Shown: positions 9,175 through 19,100 of the stretch, one piece after another | How positions within the stretch are numbered: the stretch's first letter is position 1 | How the letters are laid out: each line of letters opens with the position of its first letter | DNA from: an uncultured virus (IMG/VR IMGVR_UViG_3300042519_000373) | Lineage: Duplodnaviria > Heunggongvirae > Uroviricota > Caudoviricetes | Length of the DNA: 60,377 bases | Direction: 5' to 3' (one strand) | Virus record (IMG/VR): IMGVR_UViG_3300042519_000373 | Location: 62,001 to 122,377 of that record | Program-made: the position numbers and the translations under genes | The notes under the pieces: generated by a model | Told to the model about the DNA's origin: nothing | Database searches by the model: none | What the model saw: only the letters and a program-made list of their open reading frames with translations

Positions 9175-9905
9175 GCCTGTGCTGGAATAATATATTTGTA
9201 AGTAGCTAGACCGCTATCTAATGTAATCTGCATAGCACCTTCATTGCTAAAACTAACTTTGGCATTGTTTGCATCGGCAATTTTAAGAATGCTCAATACA
9301 CTTTGAACAGGCCATGTCCATCCTTTATTTAGGCTACCAGTAACACCTGTTGCAAAAATAAATTCACCACCGTGTGTACTTTGGTCACCAAATGTAAACT
9401 TTAAATTACCACCATCAGTCTTTGCAAGGAATGTAGTGTGCTCGTTGTTTGCAGCCGCCTGGAACTGAAAACGTTGTACACTTTGAACGCTGGGCTCGAT
9501 CTCGACATCCCATCTAACTCCGCGAAACTTAACAGTCTTTAACTTTTCGTTAATGATGTCAGTGTTCATAAAACGGTAATCGTTCTTAAAATCCTTGGTC
9601 TTATTTTCAAAGTGCAAACCAGTTGGGATAGTATCGCCATTACGGTCTGCGGTAGTAACTTCAATCTTAGCATCTTCTTTATACTCAGGGCAATCTAGCA
9701 AATACTTGAGTTTGTTCATTTGTGGCATACCAAATACGCCAATCATATCTGGATATGGGTTAGCAGTTTCGGCGTACATGATAACTGAACGGTCATCTGC
9801 CATACTGTCAACGGAGGTCTTTTTATCGTCTCCAGTAATTTTCACAATGTTTAGGAAACCAAGGTTATGTGTGTGACCTACGATGTCTTGAAGAATGTCT
9901 TTCAT
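9171..9905 (-). CDS. Putative sliding clamp (gp45/PCNA-like)
   Basis: 244 aa, next to the DNA polymerase, beta-rich with C-terminal YKYIIPA; a clamp loader is also in the window. Confidence 0.6.
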   Translation of the reverse strand: MKDILQDIVGHTHNLGFLNIVKITGDDKKTSVDSMADDRSVIMYAETANPYPDMIGVFGMPQMNKLKYLLDCPEYKEDAKIEVTTADRNGDTIPTGLHFENKTKDFKNDYRFMNTDIINEKLKTVKFRGVRWDVEIEPSVQSVQRFQFQAAANNEHTTFLAKTDGGNLKFTFGDQSTHGGEFIFATGVTGSLNKGWTWPVQSVLSILKIADANNAKVSFSNEGAMQITLDSGLATYKYIIPAQA

Positions 9906-9922
9906 TTTAAATCCTTTTGTTT

Positions 9923-9951
9923 AGTATATTTAGAAATTTGTATAATGTCAA
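9923..9951 (-). promoter_or_regulatory. Sigma70-type promoter for the clamp/dpd operon
   Basis: TTGACA-17 nt-TATACT on the minus strand; also contains TAAATA. Confidence 0.7.
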
Positions 9952-9958
9952 ATAAATT

Positions 9959-12628
9959 TTATTCAAAGCTGAATAAACTGCCGAATGTATTATTTTGTGT
10001 AGTGGATTCTAAATCCCACTCTAGTACTCCAATAAGGTTTTCTAGCTTATTGTTAATAATGGTTGCCTCCATCTCCCCATGATCAAACGGAAGTTCTTGG
10101 AACCATTTCGGTAAACGCATTTCGTCAACTGGATATGCAATTGAAGTGTATCCTAATGGATTGTCTTTCATCTTGCACACAATAACTTTCATGCCGTCTA
10201 CAATACCCATCGAGTATTTGTCACCGTTCATACGTTTAAGAGTATTCCAATTAATACTAGCACGAACATGTCCGGGCATGTTGGTTCTACCCGCTTTGAC
10301 TTCTTTGGCCTGATACTCTGCAATGTTATTTGCACGTTTAGGACTACCCTTCTCCCACCCAGGCCTCTGTTTGAATTCACTTCGGAACTCACCGATACGT
10401 TCTAGAATTTCTTCTTCTTGAGCATTGTTAAGAACTTTGGTTAAAATCTCGCTTAAAAAGTTTTGCATAAATTCAGGAGTATCACTACGTTTCAAATCTA
10501 AGCCCATGGCTTTGATTTTACCTGGCTTGCCATCTATATCTTGCCTCTTACCTTCCTTGTCAAAGTACAAGATAGCGTATCGCTTCTTGGTCATAAAGAT
10601 GCCTTTGATAGCAACAAATTCTCGACCGGCCTTAATAACATCTCCTCGAGTTTTTGGGCAATGAAAATCGTCCAACATAAATTGTGGAAATGTTCCATTT
10701 ACTTCTTCAGAGATAGTATCGTATAGTTGAACGACAACTTCTTTGTTCCAGGGAATTACCCCTTTATTGATATCATTTTTTAAAGTAGTGTATGCACTAA
10801 AATATACAGAGTCAGTATCACCGTATATCACACTCTTGCCGGTGTAGTTATAGTCTCCAGTAATAACTTCATTTACTTTCGAAGCCATATGCCTGGCGAT
10901 CCGTCTACCAGTAAGAGTTGTGGATTGCCCAATACGATTATCAAAGAACCTACAACCAGCGTTAAGAATAGCACCGTATAAGCTATTAAGGTTAATCTTT
11001 TTAACCAGCTGTCTTTTATCCCAATATTCTTCTTCAACTTTATTCCCCGATGCAATACATTCTTTTAATTTTGCCTGCATTTCTTTACGTTCGGCATACC
11101 AACGTTTCAACAATCCAGGAATGATCCCTTCTTTCTCATAGGTAAAGATAGTACCGTTTGCTGAGATAACCCACGGCTGATTACTTTCAAAAATCAGTTC
11201 ATAAATTTGAGCCCCACTTAGCACATCAACTCTGCCATCTTCCCAATCAACTGTGATATCAGTTACACGATCTTTTGCCATGACAAGTTCGTATTCGTTA
11301 CTGCCGAACTTGCCTTCCCAAGAGGCTGCAAAGCTAGAACCCTTTGCTATCTTACCTTCAATTTCAGCTTTGGTATAAGATTGACGTAACTGCCCAACAA
11401 TAGTTTCTGGTCCCATGTTTAATGCACGAATAGCTGACGGATACAATGAGTTAATGTCCATTGATCCAATCCAGTCATGCAATCCTTTCTTAGGATATGC
11501 AACATACGCACCAGCGGCTTGTGTTTCTAAATCATCATCACGTTTAGGACGACCCGGAACAATTAGTCCTCGATGATGAGCTTCATTTACAATGGCCTGC
11601 TCAGTTACAGCCACAGCACCCATTGTGGTCTGTAACAACACAGTACATTCATGTGCTAGTGTATTTGCTAGGTCAATAAATTTTAATTTATTATCTAGTT
11701 TATTCAGCAATGCAGTATCTTGCCTGTTGTATTCAATAAACTTGCGGAAGTCATTGTTGTACAATTGATCTAGGGTACCTTCGTACTGCGTCTTAGTTTC
11801 ACCTACCTCCATCTCTCCAATTGCATCCAATCGGTATGTATGTCGCTCTTCATAGGTGTACTTGCGGTACAACTCGAGACTGTCCAAATGAACACGACCA
11901 ACAAGATCATAAGTAATAGCCTTTTTTCCATACTTCTCGTACTCCCGTTTCTTGGGGAACTGGTCCCATAGACATAACCTACGGGTATCTTCTTTGCTAA
12001 GAACTTTAATGATGCGGTTGACAGTATAAGGCATATCGTATCCTTCACTGTTCCATCCGCTTAAAATATCTGCATCTTGAATCAAGCCCAGGAATGTTTC
12101 CAACATTTCGTATTCTGTTTCAAACAGCATTGTGTTAGGAAAGTCTTTTACCTGCTCTACTGCTTGCTCCATTGTCAGTGTCTTTGGGGGGACTGCAAGA
12201 CATACTAATGTATCTAACCATTGTAGGTGGACAGAAATCGCAGTAATTGGCATGAACGCATCTTCAGGAGTACTGTAACCACGTTCTGGATCAAAGTCTA
12301 CTTCAATGTCCCAAAATGCTACATTGAGCTTAGGAGCATCTTTGCCTAAATAGTTTTCTTCTAGGCATCGGAATACAGGATTAATATCATTTTCAAAGAG
12401 TTTCTTTCCTGAATGAATTCGGGTTTCTTTTTGGAACTCTTTGTAATTTTTGACAGAAACTTTGCTAAGAGGATCACCGTAAATTGAACGATATTTTCCT
12501 TTAGAGTCTGGGTAGTATAATACATATTTGGCAGGATAATCTTGAAAGATTCTGCCTTTTTTGGGATCACGCTCAACGACGCGAATAACGTCCTTGTCGC
12601 GATCCCACATTGAATCGACGTAGCTCAT
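9959..12628 (-). CDS. Family B DNA polymerase (gp43-like)
   Basis: Exonuclease motifs DIEVD, GWNSEGYD, YNRQD; polymerase motifs DINSLYPS, KINLNSLYG, YGDTDSVY, KKRY. Confidence 0.96.
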   Translation of the reverse strand: MSYVDSMWDRDKDVIRVVERDPKKGRIFQDYPAKYVLYYPDSKGKYRSIYGDPLSKVSVKNYKEFQKETRIHSGKKLFENDINPVFRCLEENYLGKDAPKLNVAFWDIEVDFDPERGYSTPEDAFMPITAISVHLQWLDTLVCLAVPPKTLTMEQAVEQVKDFPNTMLFETEYEMLETFLGLIQDADILSGWNSEGYDMPYTVNRIIKVLSKEDTRRLCLWDQFPKKREYEKYGKKAITYDLVGRVHLDSLELYRKYTYEERHTYRLDAIGEMEVGETKTQYEGTLDQLYNNDFRKFIEYNRQDTALLNKLDNKLKFIDLANTLAHECTVLLQTTMGAVAVTEQAIVNEAHHRGLIVPGRPKRDDDLETQAAGAYVAYPKKGLHDWIGSMDINSLYPSAIRALNMGPETIVGQLRQSYTKAEIEGKIAKGSSFAASWEGKFGSNEYELVMAKDRVTDITVDWEDGRVDVLSGAQIYELIFESNQPWVISANGTIFTYEKEGIIPGLLKRWYAERKEMQAKLKECIASGNKVEEEYWDKRQLVKKINLNSLYGAILNAGCRFFDNRIGQSTTLTGRRIARHMASKVNEVITGDYNYTGKSVIYGDTDSVYFSAYTTLKNDINKGVIPWNKEVVVQLYDTISEEVNGTFPQFMLDDFHCPKTRGDVIKAGREFVAIKGIFMTKKRYAILYFDKEGKRQDIDGKPGKIKAMGLDLKRSDTPEFMQNFLSEILTKVLNNAQEEEILERIGEFRSEFKQRPGWEKGSPKRANNIAEYQAKEVKAGRTNMPGHVRASINWNTLKRMNGDKYSMGIVDGMKVIVCKMKDNPLGYTSIAYPVDEMRLPKWFQELPFDHGEMEATIINNKLENLIGVLEWDLESTTQNNTFGSLFSFE

Positions 12629-12638
12629 TTTTTTCTCC

Positions 12639-12688
12639 TTTGTAGTTTGTGGCCTACAAATACCAACATGATCATTTATGGCTGATCA
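12639..12688 (-). promoter_or_regulatory. Tandem hairpins with near-identical 8-nt loops just upstream of the polymerase SD (candidate translational operator)
   Basis: mRNA strand: TGATCA-GCCATAAA-TGATCA and TTTGTAG-GCCACAAA-CTACAAA, running into AAGGAGA. Confidence 0.6.
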
Positions 12689-12698
12689 AACCTTTCTC

Positions 12699-12986
12699 TT
12701 ATATATTTAATAGTCTAACGTATCCAACAATGTCAATAGTGACTAATAGTAGATAGTTTGCAACCATGCCAGTACTCTTACGAGTCCAAGCAGCCCACCC
12801 GAATATTGCACATTGTAAAATGAATATAGGATATAGATAGAAAAATAAAGGATCAGTTGCTCCTGCGGCCAATGTTAAGGAACATCCGAGACTCATTAGC
12901 CAGGCAGCAATTTCTAATGAAAATCGAGTTGGCCACTCTCGATAATCAGTTCTCGCCCAATTATATATTTTTTGGACAAGGCCCAT
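12699..12986 (-). CDS. Small membrane protein
   Basis: Three hydrophobic segments in 95 aa. Confidence 0.65.
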   Translation of the reverse strand: MGLVQKIYNWARTDYREWPTRFSLEIAAWLMSLGCSLTLAAGATDPLFFYLYPIFILQCAIFGWAAWTRKSTGMVANYLLLVTIDIVGYVRLLNI

Positions 12987-13255
12987 TAATCTTCCTTACG
13001 AAAACTGTGACCGCTAATATCAACAATAGTTTCCAAATCATCAAACTCACGGAACACTTGATCCCATGTATCTTTTTGTGCAATCTTGATAGCCTTCTTG
13101 ATAACGCTTGGCTTGACTTCAAGTTCCTCTGCAACAGCTTTGATTGTTTCATTCAATCCTTCTGTTAAGTCTTGAATTTCCTGCATAACTGTCATACCTT
13201 CTGCGACAATCTGCTTAATCTTTGCTTGCTCTGGTGCACCGAATGCTTTTGACAT
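12986..13255 (-). CDS. Putative dsDNA-binding protein (T4 DsbA-like)
   Basis: 89-aa helical protein (IKAVAEELEVKPSVIKKAIKIA); SD CAGGAG; near the polymerase. Confidence 0.55.
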   Translation of the reverse strand: MSKAFGAPEQAKIKQIVAEGMTVMQEIQDLTEGLNETIKAVAEELEVKPSVIKKAIKIAQKDTWDQVFREFDDLETIVDISGHSFRKED

Positions 13256-13278
13256 AAATTAATCTCCTGTGAACATTA

Positions 13279-13307
13279 AGTATATACTAATGCAACCACA
13301 GTGTCAA
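13279..13307 (-). promoter_or_regulatory. Sigma70-type promoter
   Basis: TTGACA-17 nt-TATACT upstream of the ATG at 13255. Confidence 0.7.
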
Positions 13308-13311
13308 ACTT

Positions 13312-13947
13312 TTATTCGTAAGTTACTGTATCGGAGTCGCCCAATCGCCATTTGGGGTTTGTTTCTACAACCCATTTTTTTGTAGCAACTTTAAAATCTG
13401 GAAATAACATTTCTTTAGGGTTACTGGCTGCATCAAAGAATCTGCAACGATTATTGGGCTGTGCGGCATATTGTCCATTATCTAGTTGTATAAAGTTAAA
13501 ACTTTTGTGATCTTCGGGCCACTCTGAGTAGCTAGTGTCTATAACATTGAGATCTGGACTAGCATTGTCTACGGTAAACATATAGTCGCCTTTGTGTAGC
13601 TGACGATCCTTGGCATAGAACTCGCAGGAAAGATTACGTAAGAACGCCTTTTGTATTACAGCAATATCATAGCTGAAGCAGTCCCATATTTGCAGTGTAT
13701 CGAGTGGTACAAACTTGTCTGGCTCTAAATCGGTGTTTCTGCTTACATAGGCATGTAAAGGTAGTTTGTCGTACAGTGCTCCGTATCTGGGCAAATAGCT
13801 TTCTATACGGAATGCTTGACTACGCAGGCTTTTGATTGACACCCATATGCACGGTTCGTATTCGCCCTGTCCTGACTTAAAATCATACAAAAATTCTTTG
13901 CGTACAAAACAATGCACCGGAGGTAAGTTTGCAACTAAGAAACTCAT
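13312..13947 (-). CDS. Conserved hypothetical phage protein
   Basis: 211-aa ORF (YGALYDKLPLHA...QIWDCFS...GQYAAQPNNR). Confidence 0.75.
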   Translation of the reverse strand: MSFLVANLPPVHCFVRKEFLYDFKSGQGEYEPCIWVSIKSLRSQAFRIESYLPRYGALYDKLPLHAYVSRNTDLEPDKFVPLDTLQIWDCFSYDIAVIQKAFLRNLSCEFYAKDRQLHKGDYMFTVDNASPDLNVIDTSYSEWPEDHKSFNFIQLDNGQYAAQPNNRCRFFDAASNPKEMLFPDFKVATKKWVVETNPKWRLGDSDTVTYE

Positions 13948-13948
13948 T

Positions 13949-14365
13949 TTATTCTTCTAGATTAACAGCGTCGGTATTAAAAAATTCAGGGTTCGCTTTA
14001 TTAAATTTACGCATCACAATACCAGCTAGTTCGTGTGCTTGATTTTCTTCAGGGCTACCGGTAGCACCCGCACCTGGCTTCAGTCCAGTTTCTTCGTTTT
14101 GTTTGTAATGTACCATCTCGTGTGCAAGAGTTCTTAAAATATCTAAAGGATGTCTATCTTCAATTGCAATATTGATTATTTTAGTTTCACTGTTAAAACT
14201 ACCAAAACTAGGTTGATCATCTACGCTGCCAATACGTAAATGCATTTTAATTTTTGGAACAGATTTTAATTTAAGTTCATTGACTGCAAAGGGAAGAAAC
14301 TCCTGAAGTATTTTCATAAAATCAGGTTTTGAATTTACATCCTCTAATAGGTCTATGATTTTCAT
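13949..14365 (-). CDS. Zincin-like metallopeptidase, probable internal virion protein
   Basis: LRTLAHEMVH (HExxH) with a downstream ENQA; likely start MKIIDLLE at 14365. Confidence 0.7.
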   Translation of the reverse strand: MKIIDLLEDVNSKPDFMKILQEFLPFAVNELKLKSVPKIKMHLRIGSVDDQPSFGSFNSETKIINIAIEDRHPLDILRTLAHEMVHYKQNEETGLKPGAGATGSPEENQAHELAGIVMRKFNKANPEFFNTDAVNLEE

Positions 14366-15552
14366 TACTTGATAATTCTTCGATCTAATGCTGCCCATAG
14401 CTTAGATTCGTAAGCTGGCTCTTTAGCCTTGTGTTTTACATCACCTTGCTTTTGTGCTTTCTTTTTATCTTTGTGAGCACCTGCACCACTTTGTACTGCG
14501 TTCTTGGCAACAAAGTTTCTAGGCTTAACTGCATGTTTCACAGCACGTACACCTTTCTTGTTTTCTTCTACACTTTGTTCTTCTACTTTGCCGGCATTGT
14601 GTGCTTTCCATGCAGCACCGTATGCCTTGCTTTTTTCAGTTTTAGTTAACTTACCATCTTTAGCATATCCCTTTTTAATATGCTTGACCATGCGTTCGGC
14701 TTTGGCTCCCGGCGGTGCTACCTCCGCCACACCTTCATTGTTTTCATCTTCAGCATCAAAATCATATTTGTCGTATTGAATGTGACCGTCGTGTCCGATG
14801 CCAGACAGCACCACCATAACATAGTCGTCGCCATAATCGGGTTCCCATCCTAATGCTCTTAATTCATCTGCATTGTCGCCGTCAGTCCAGTATTGGTAAG
14901 CCAATGGAAATAATTTTGCCTTGTATTTTTCCATACTTGGCAAGTATGATGGATCAAGATCAACTGGTTCAAATTCTTGTGTCGGCCACATCTCGTCAGC
15001 ATCGCCTGGAGTAATTTTTCCAGTCATTTTTCTCATTGATTTATCAAATTTTTCGTCACCTGTGGCCTCCGCCACACCTTGCTTTTTATTATCCAATTTG
15101 GTAAACGCTTTAACAAAATTAGGACCACTTTTCATGCGTTTTGTGTCACTGCGTTTTGTGGGATCCATTCTGTGTTTAAGATTATCTTTATCTAATTTTG
15201 TTAGATAACTGGTTAGCGTAGCATCACTAACCTCCGCCACACCTTGCTTGTATTGTGTATCTAAGTGACGCTTGATCTTTTCAGCCTTTTGACGAGCAGC
15301 CTCACGCTTTTGTGGGCTTGTTTCATTCTTGCTCCAATGCACTGCGGTGTCATGGTCTTTCTTTAGTTGAGCAATCTTATCTTCCTTGCCTTCCGCAGCG
15401 TTAGTTTCTTGAAACAACTTTCCACTATCCAATGCATTGTCAGTAGGTTTCTGACGTTTAATCATTCCCTTACTGCCTTTTGCAACTGTTGCTACTGATG
15501 CTGAGCTTGTGCCTCCAGTAGTTGCTGATTCTAAAAGTTGTTTAATTCTCAT
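14365..15552 (-). CDS. Modular probable internal head protein with GVAE-delimited modules
   Basis: N-terminus MRIKQLLE; three (Q/E)GVAE motifs separating dissimilar charged segments. Confidence 0.7.
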   Translation of the reverse strand: MRIKQLLESATTGGTSSASVATVAKGSKGMIKRQKPTDNALDSGKLFQETNAAEGKEDKIAQLKKDHDTAVHWSKNETSPQKREAARQKAEKIKRHLDTQYKQGVAEVSDATLTSYLTKLDKDNLKHRMDPTKRSDTKRMKSGPNFVKAFTKLDNKKQGVAEATGDEKFDKSMRKMTGKITPGDADEMWPTQEFEPVDLDPSYLPSMEKYKAKLFPLAYQYWTDGDNADELRALGWEPDYGDDYVMVVLSGIGHDGHIQYDKYDFDAEDENNEGVAEVAPPGAKAERMVKHIKKGYAKDGKLTKTEKSKAYGAAWKAHNAGKVEEQSVEENKKGVRAVKHAVKPRNFVAKNAVQSGAGAHKDKKKAQKQGDVKHKAKEPAYESKLWAALDRRIIK

Positions 15553-15920
15553 TTTGTTAGTTTCTTTCTATCTGGTACAGGCCCGTATATATTAGTCGAG
15601 TCTAACTCGCAACTATCCATATCGCCGTGATTCATATCTTCATAACTGGCACCGGCAGCTTTGTATGCTGCTTTGAGCATGTCTGCTTCCACTTGAGTGT
15701 AAGGATGTGCAGTCTTTTTCTTTCCTGCCCAACTCTTTGAATCGATGTCTAATTTATTTTTTCCATCGCTCATAGCTGCGGCCATGCCTACTCTAAAGCT
15801 AACATAACCGCTATCTGCTTTTTCGGCGTCTGAATAACGATGCAGACCCCTAGTAGATTGTTGCTGACGTTTTGTTATCTTACCTTCTTTTCTTTCAGCG
15901 ATGAATTCTTTTGCTCTCAT
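15549..15920 (-). CDS. Probable internal head protein
   Basis: N-terminus MRAKEFIAE resembles the T4 capsid-targeting sequence MKTYQEFIAE. Confidence 0.65.
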   Translation of the reverse strand: MRAKEFIAERKEGKITKRQQQSTRGLHRYSDAEKADSGYVSFRVGMAAAMSDGKNKLDIDSKSWAGKKKTAHPYTQVEADMLKAAYKAAGASYEDMNHGDMDSCELDSTNIYGPVPDRKKLTK

Positions 15921-15928
15921 AATGTTAT

Positions 15929-16195
15929 TTATTTTTTACCAAACCAAAGTTCGAACCAAGCCGGTGTACCCGGTTTAATTCCTTGTTCACGCATTATGCG
16001 AGCATTTTCATTACCGTGCTGACTATGCAAAGGTGTGTCTCTCTTTTTTAAGTATTCACGCATACGCTGTTCTGCACCTAACTCTCCTAACCAGTTACTA
16101 GATTGTAGTGCATGTATAGGATCATCTGGGCTTAGAGCACAGTCTGGATCAGTTGAAGTATCTACAGGAAATCCTGCTATTCGATATTGCTTCAT
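15929..16195 (-). CDS. Hypothetical protein
   Basis: 88-aa ORF ending IKPGTPAWFELWF; coupled to the upstream gene. Confidence 0.65.
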   Translation of the reverse strand: MKQYRIAGFPVDTSTDPDCALSPDDPIHALQSSNWLGELGAEQRMREYLKKRDTPLHSQHGNENARIMREQGIKPGTPAWFELWFGKK

Positions 16196-19100
16196 TTATT
16201 ACTTTCAAACAGCTTTAGAATAGCCAGGGTCATTTCAAGTTCGTAGGCTTCGCCAATTGGCACACACTTGTCTTTACCGTTCTTAGTACCTGCGTACTTA
16301 TAACCTTTCCAACAGGCTTTGCCGTCTGCACCTTTAATCTTTTCTTTTAAGTTGCCCCATTCGTCTTTACTGGTTCGATCATTCTTAGCAATCTGTGTGC
16401 CCATGTACTGACTATCGCGTTTCTTATCACCAGCTGCTCTAAGTTTGGCTGTCATTCCATCTTTAGGATCAGTTAAGCGTTTAGATACAGTATCTATAGC
16501 ATTGCTGCCAGCCTCCGCCATACCTTGCTCTCTATGCTTTTTAGCATCATTATCAAACTGCTTGTTAGTTGCTTTAACAATTCCTTTGAAACGTTTATGA
16601 CCCTTAGCATAGTCGCCCGCTTTGTCTGCGGCAGTTGCTTGATCACCGGCGGCCTTTTTATATTGTCCTAATTTTTCATTGGACAACTCTGCGACAATCT
16701 GTCTTAAACTTTCTACAGCCTTGCTTTCGTTGATCTTAGGATCCATGCCCATTTCTTTTTGGCTTAACAAATAATCCCAGACACTGACCAACATCATTTC
16801 TGCTTTGGCAATCTTTTCTTGTCCCCATTCTGGCAAGTTATCGTTGCTCTTAATAGTTTTTAATAAACCATCAACTGCACGAGCCATTGTGCGTAGATTA
16901 CTCTGTGCCATTCCTGCTTCGTCGTCGTATTCGCCGTTGAAGTCTTCATTCTTAGCTTTTGCTTTACCTGCTTTCATATTTGCCATCCAATGTGCTAATT
17001 GTCCTTTACGGCCGCCTTGTTTAGCTACTTTACGTAGATTGCTCACTGACGATTTTGTAGGAACGCCGTGACGTTTACTGTCGCCCTTGTCTTGTGGATT
17101 ACGTCCATCCGCAAAGTTTTCTGCTACAGATCGATCTCCGCTCTGTAAAAGAGATACAATTTTAGGTGCTCTTCTACCAACTTGTGAATACCATGCACTA
17201 TTTTTTAATGCATTTGCTGCTTGATCTATGTTTCCTGCTTGCATGGCTTTTGTAAAATTAGGCCAAGCCTTCCACCATCTTGGACCCATGTTAAATGTTA
17301 GATCAATTAGAGCAGCCTGTCCGTTCATGTTTAAATTACTAAATCCAGGAATTTTTTCTGCTGCCTGTTTATGATGCTGATAATCCTTTTTAAACAGATT
17401 CATTATTTCTGCGTCTGAAAATGTTCTTTTCCACTCTGAAGGGAGAGTCTTGCCATCACCAATTAAGTGACCTACTCCTACAGTCCATAATCCTTTTGTA
17501 TCTTGGTATGGTTTATTTTTTACACCTTCATGATCTTTAACCATATTCATGATATCGTCTTCACTAGAAATTTTAGTAACAGCCGCTTTGGCCCTATCTC
17601 TTGCTGGTTGATCTATGTTTGTGTTAGGACCACTTCGAACTCCGGTTTGGGTTGGTTCGTCGGGCCGGACGGTTGCTGGATTAACGACCCCCCTGCCACC
17701 ACCCATTTCTGGTTTTTGTTGACCAACAAATGCCTGTGCTTTATCTCTTGTCGTTTGATCTATGTTAGAGTTTGGACCTTGTTTAACTGAGGGTTGGGGC
17801 ATTGGAGAAGATTGATCTTTCACTTGTCTTGCCGCAATTGTAGACAGGGTATCTCCAGGCATTACTTTATAAGTTGTGCCGTTAGGCAATTTTAACATCT
17901 GCCCTGCATTAATTTTGTTCACATCTTTAATATTGTTTAATGATGCAATTTTTAACATTTGCCGTTTACTGTTGCTGTTGTCTTGTGGATTACGACTATC
18001 AGCAAAGTTTTCTTGATTCATGCTCTCACCACCATCACTACCACCATCTCCACCGTTACCACTATAACCTGCATCAAATCCGTACCAACCATATGGCCCT
18101 GGACCCCATGCTGCACCTTTACTTTTTTTACGTTTACGTTCTTCAATAGTCTTTTCATTTACAATTTTTTTAGGACTCATTAGTGCATTAAACAATCTCA
18201 TTTCACCTAGTGCAGGTTGTTGAACAGTCTGCGGAGTAGGTAGTACAGCAGGCTTCTTAACTGCTGGCTTTGGTTGAGGTGTGCTCATTCCGGTCTTTGA
18301 CACATCCATTAAATGTTTAATCCATTGTGACGGTAATGGTTTTGCTCCATCCTGGCCGCCATTGAATGCATCATTCCACATTTGGAATGCTTGTTGCTCA
18401 TCTCCAGTTTTTAACACGTTACGTAGCTTAGTAAAGCTCATGCCAGTTCCTCTAGGAGTAACTTCTAATTGTACCTTAACATGCTCGTATCCAGGAAACT
18501 TATTAACTGCCTTCATTAGGGCCTGTGCGATAGGCATCTTGGCCTGATCTTCACCTACCATAATAATAACATTATCGTAGCGTGGTGGCTTGCCTGGCAA
18601 CGGGTTGATTAACTCGTGCTTGATCTTTTGCATCAAAGATCCGCCCTCTTGTGTTACAGCACTGATATTGCCTGCATACTCGGGATACAATTGTTTCCAA
18701 GTTTTAATTTTGTCAGCAACTGGAATAGGATCGTCTGCACCTACTGCACTGCCCATAAACAGATAAGGATCGCCGCTGACTTCTTTTGCCTTATTAATTG
18801 TAAGACCAAATAGCTGTTGATGACCTTTGTGTCCCACAAAGCTACCGATAGCAACTACCGCAGTTTTGTTTTCACCACGCGGCTGTTCTGCACGAGCGGC
18901 AGCTTTGGCAGCGTTCTTTTGGGTAATAATATCTTTTTGTTGTTGGCTAGTAACTTTGATAGGGCCAAGACGACTGTTGATAACAATACCTTCGTAGTCT
19001 TGACCTAATATATCTTTGCCAATAATGTTAGGATCTGCATCAATTGCCTTTTCCAGTGCAATCTTAACAGGCATTAATTTTTCTTCTACTTCGCGTCTTA

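Larger units (their letters stand above)
14721..16528 (-). repeat. Dispersed in-frame 15-bp repeat AAGGTGTGGCGGAGG
   Basis: Plus-strand cctccgccacacctt at 14721, 15066 and 15231 (exact) and cctccgccatacctt at 16512 (1 mismatch). Confidence 0.9.

Noticed and set aside
14721..15247. The 15-bp repeats as a CRISPR array
   Set aside because: The repeat is too short, the intervals are long and unequal (165 and 345 bp), it lies inside a reading frame, and no cas genes are present.
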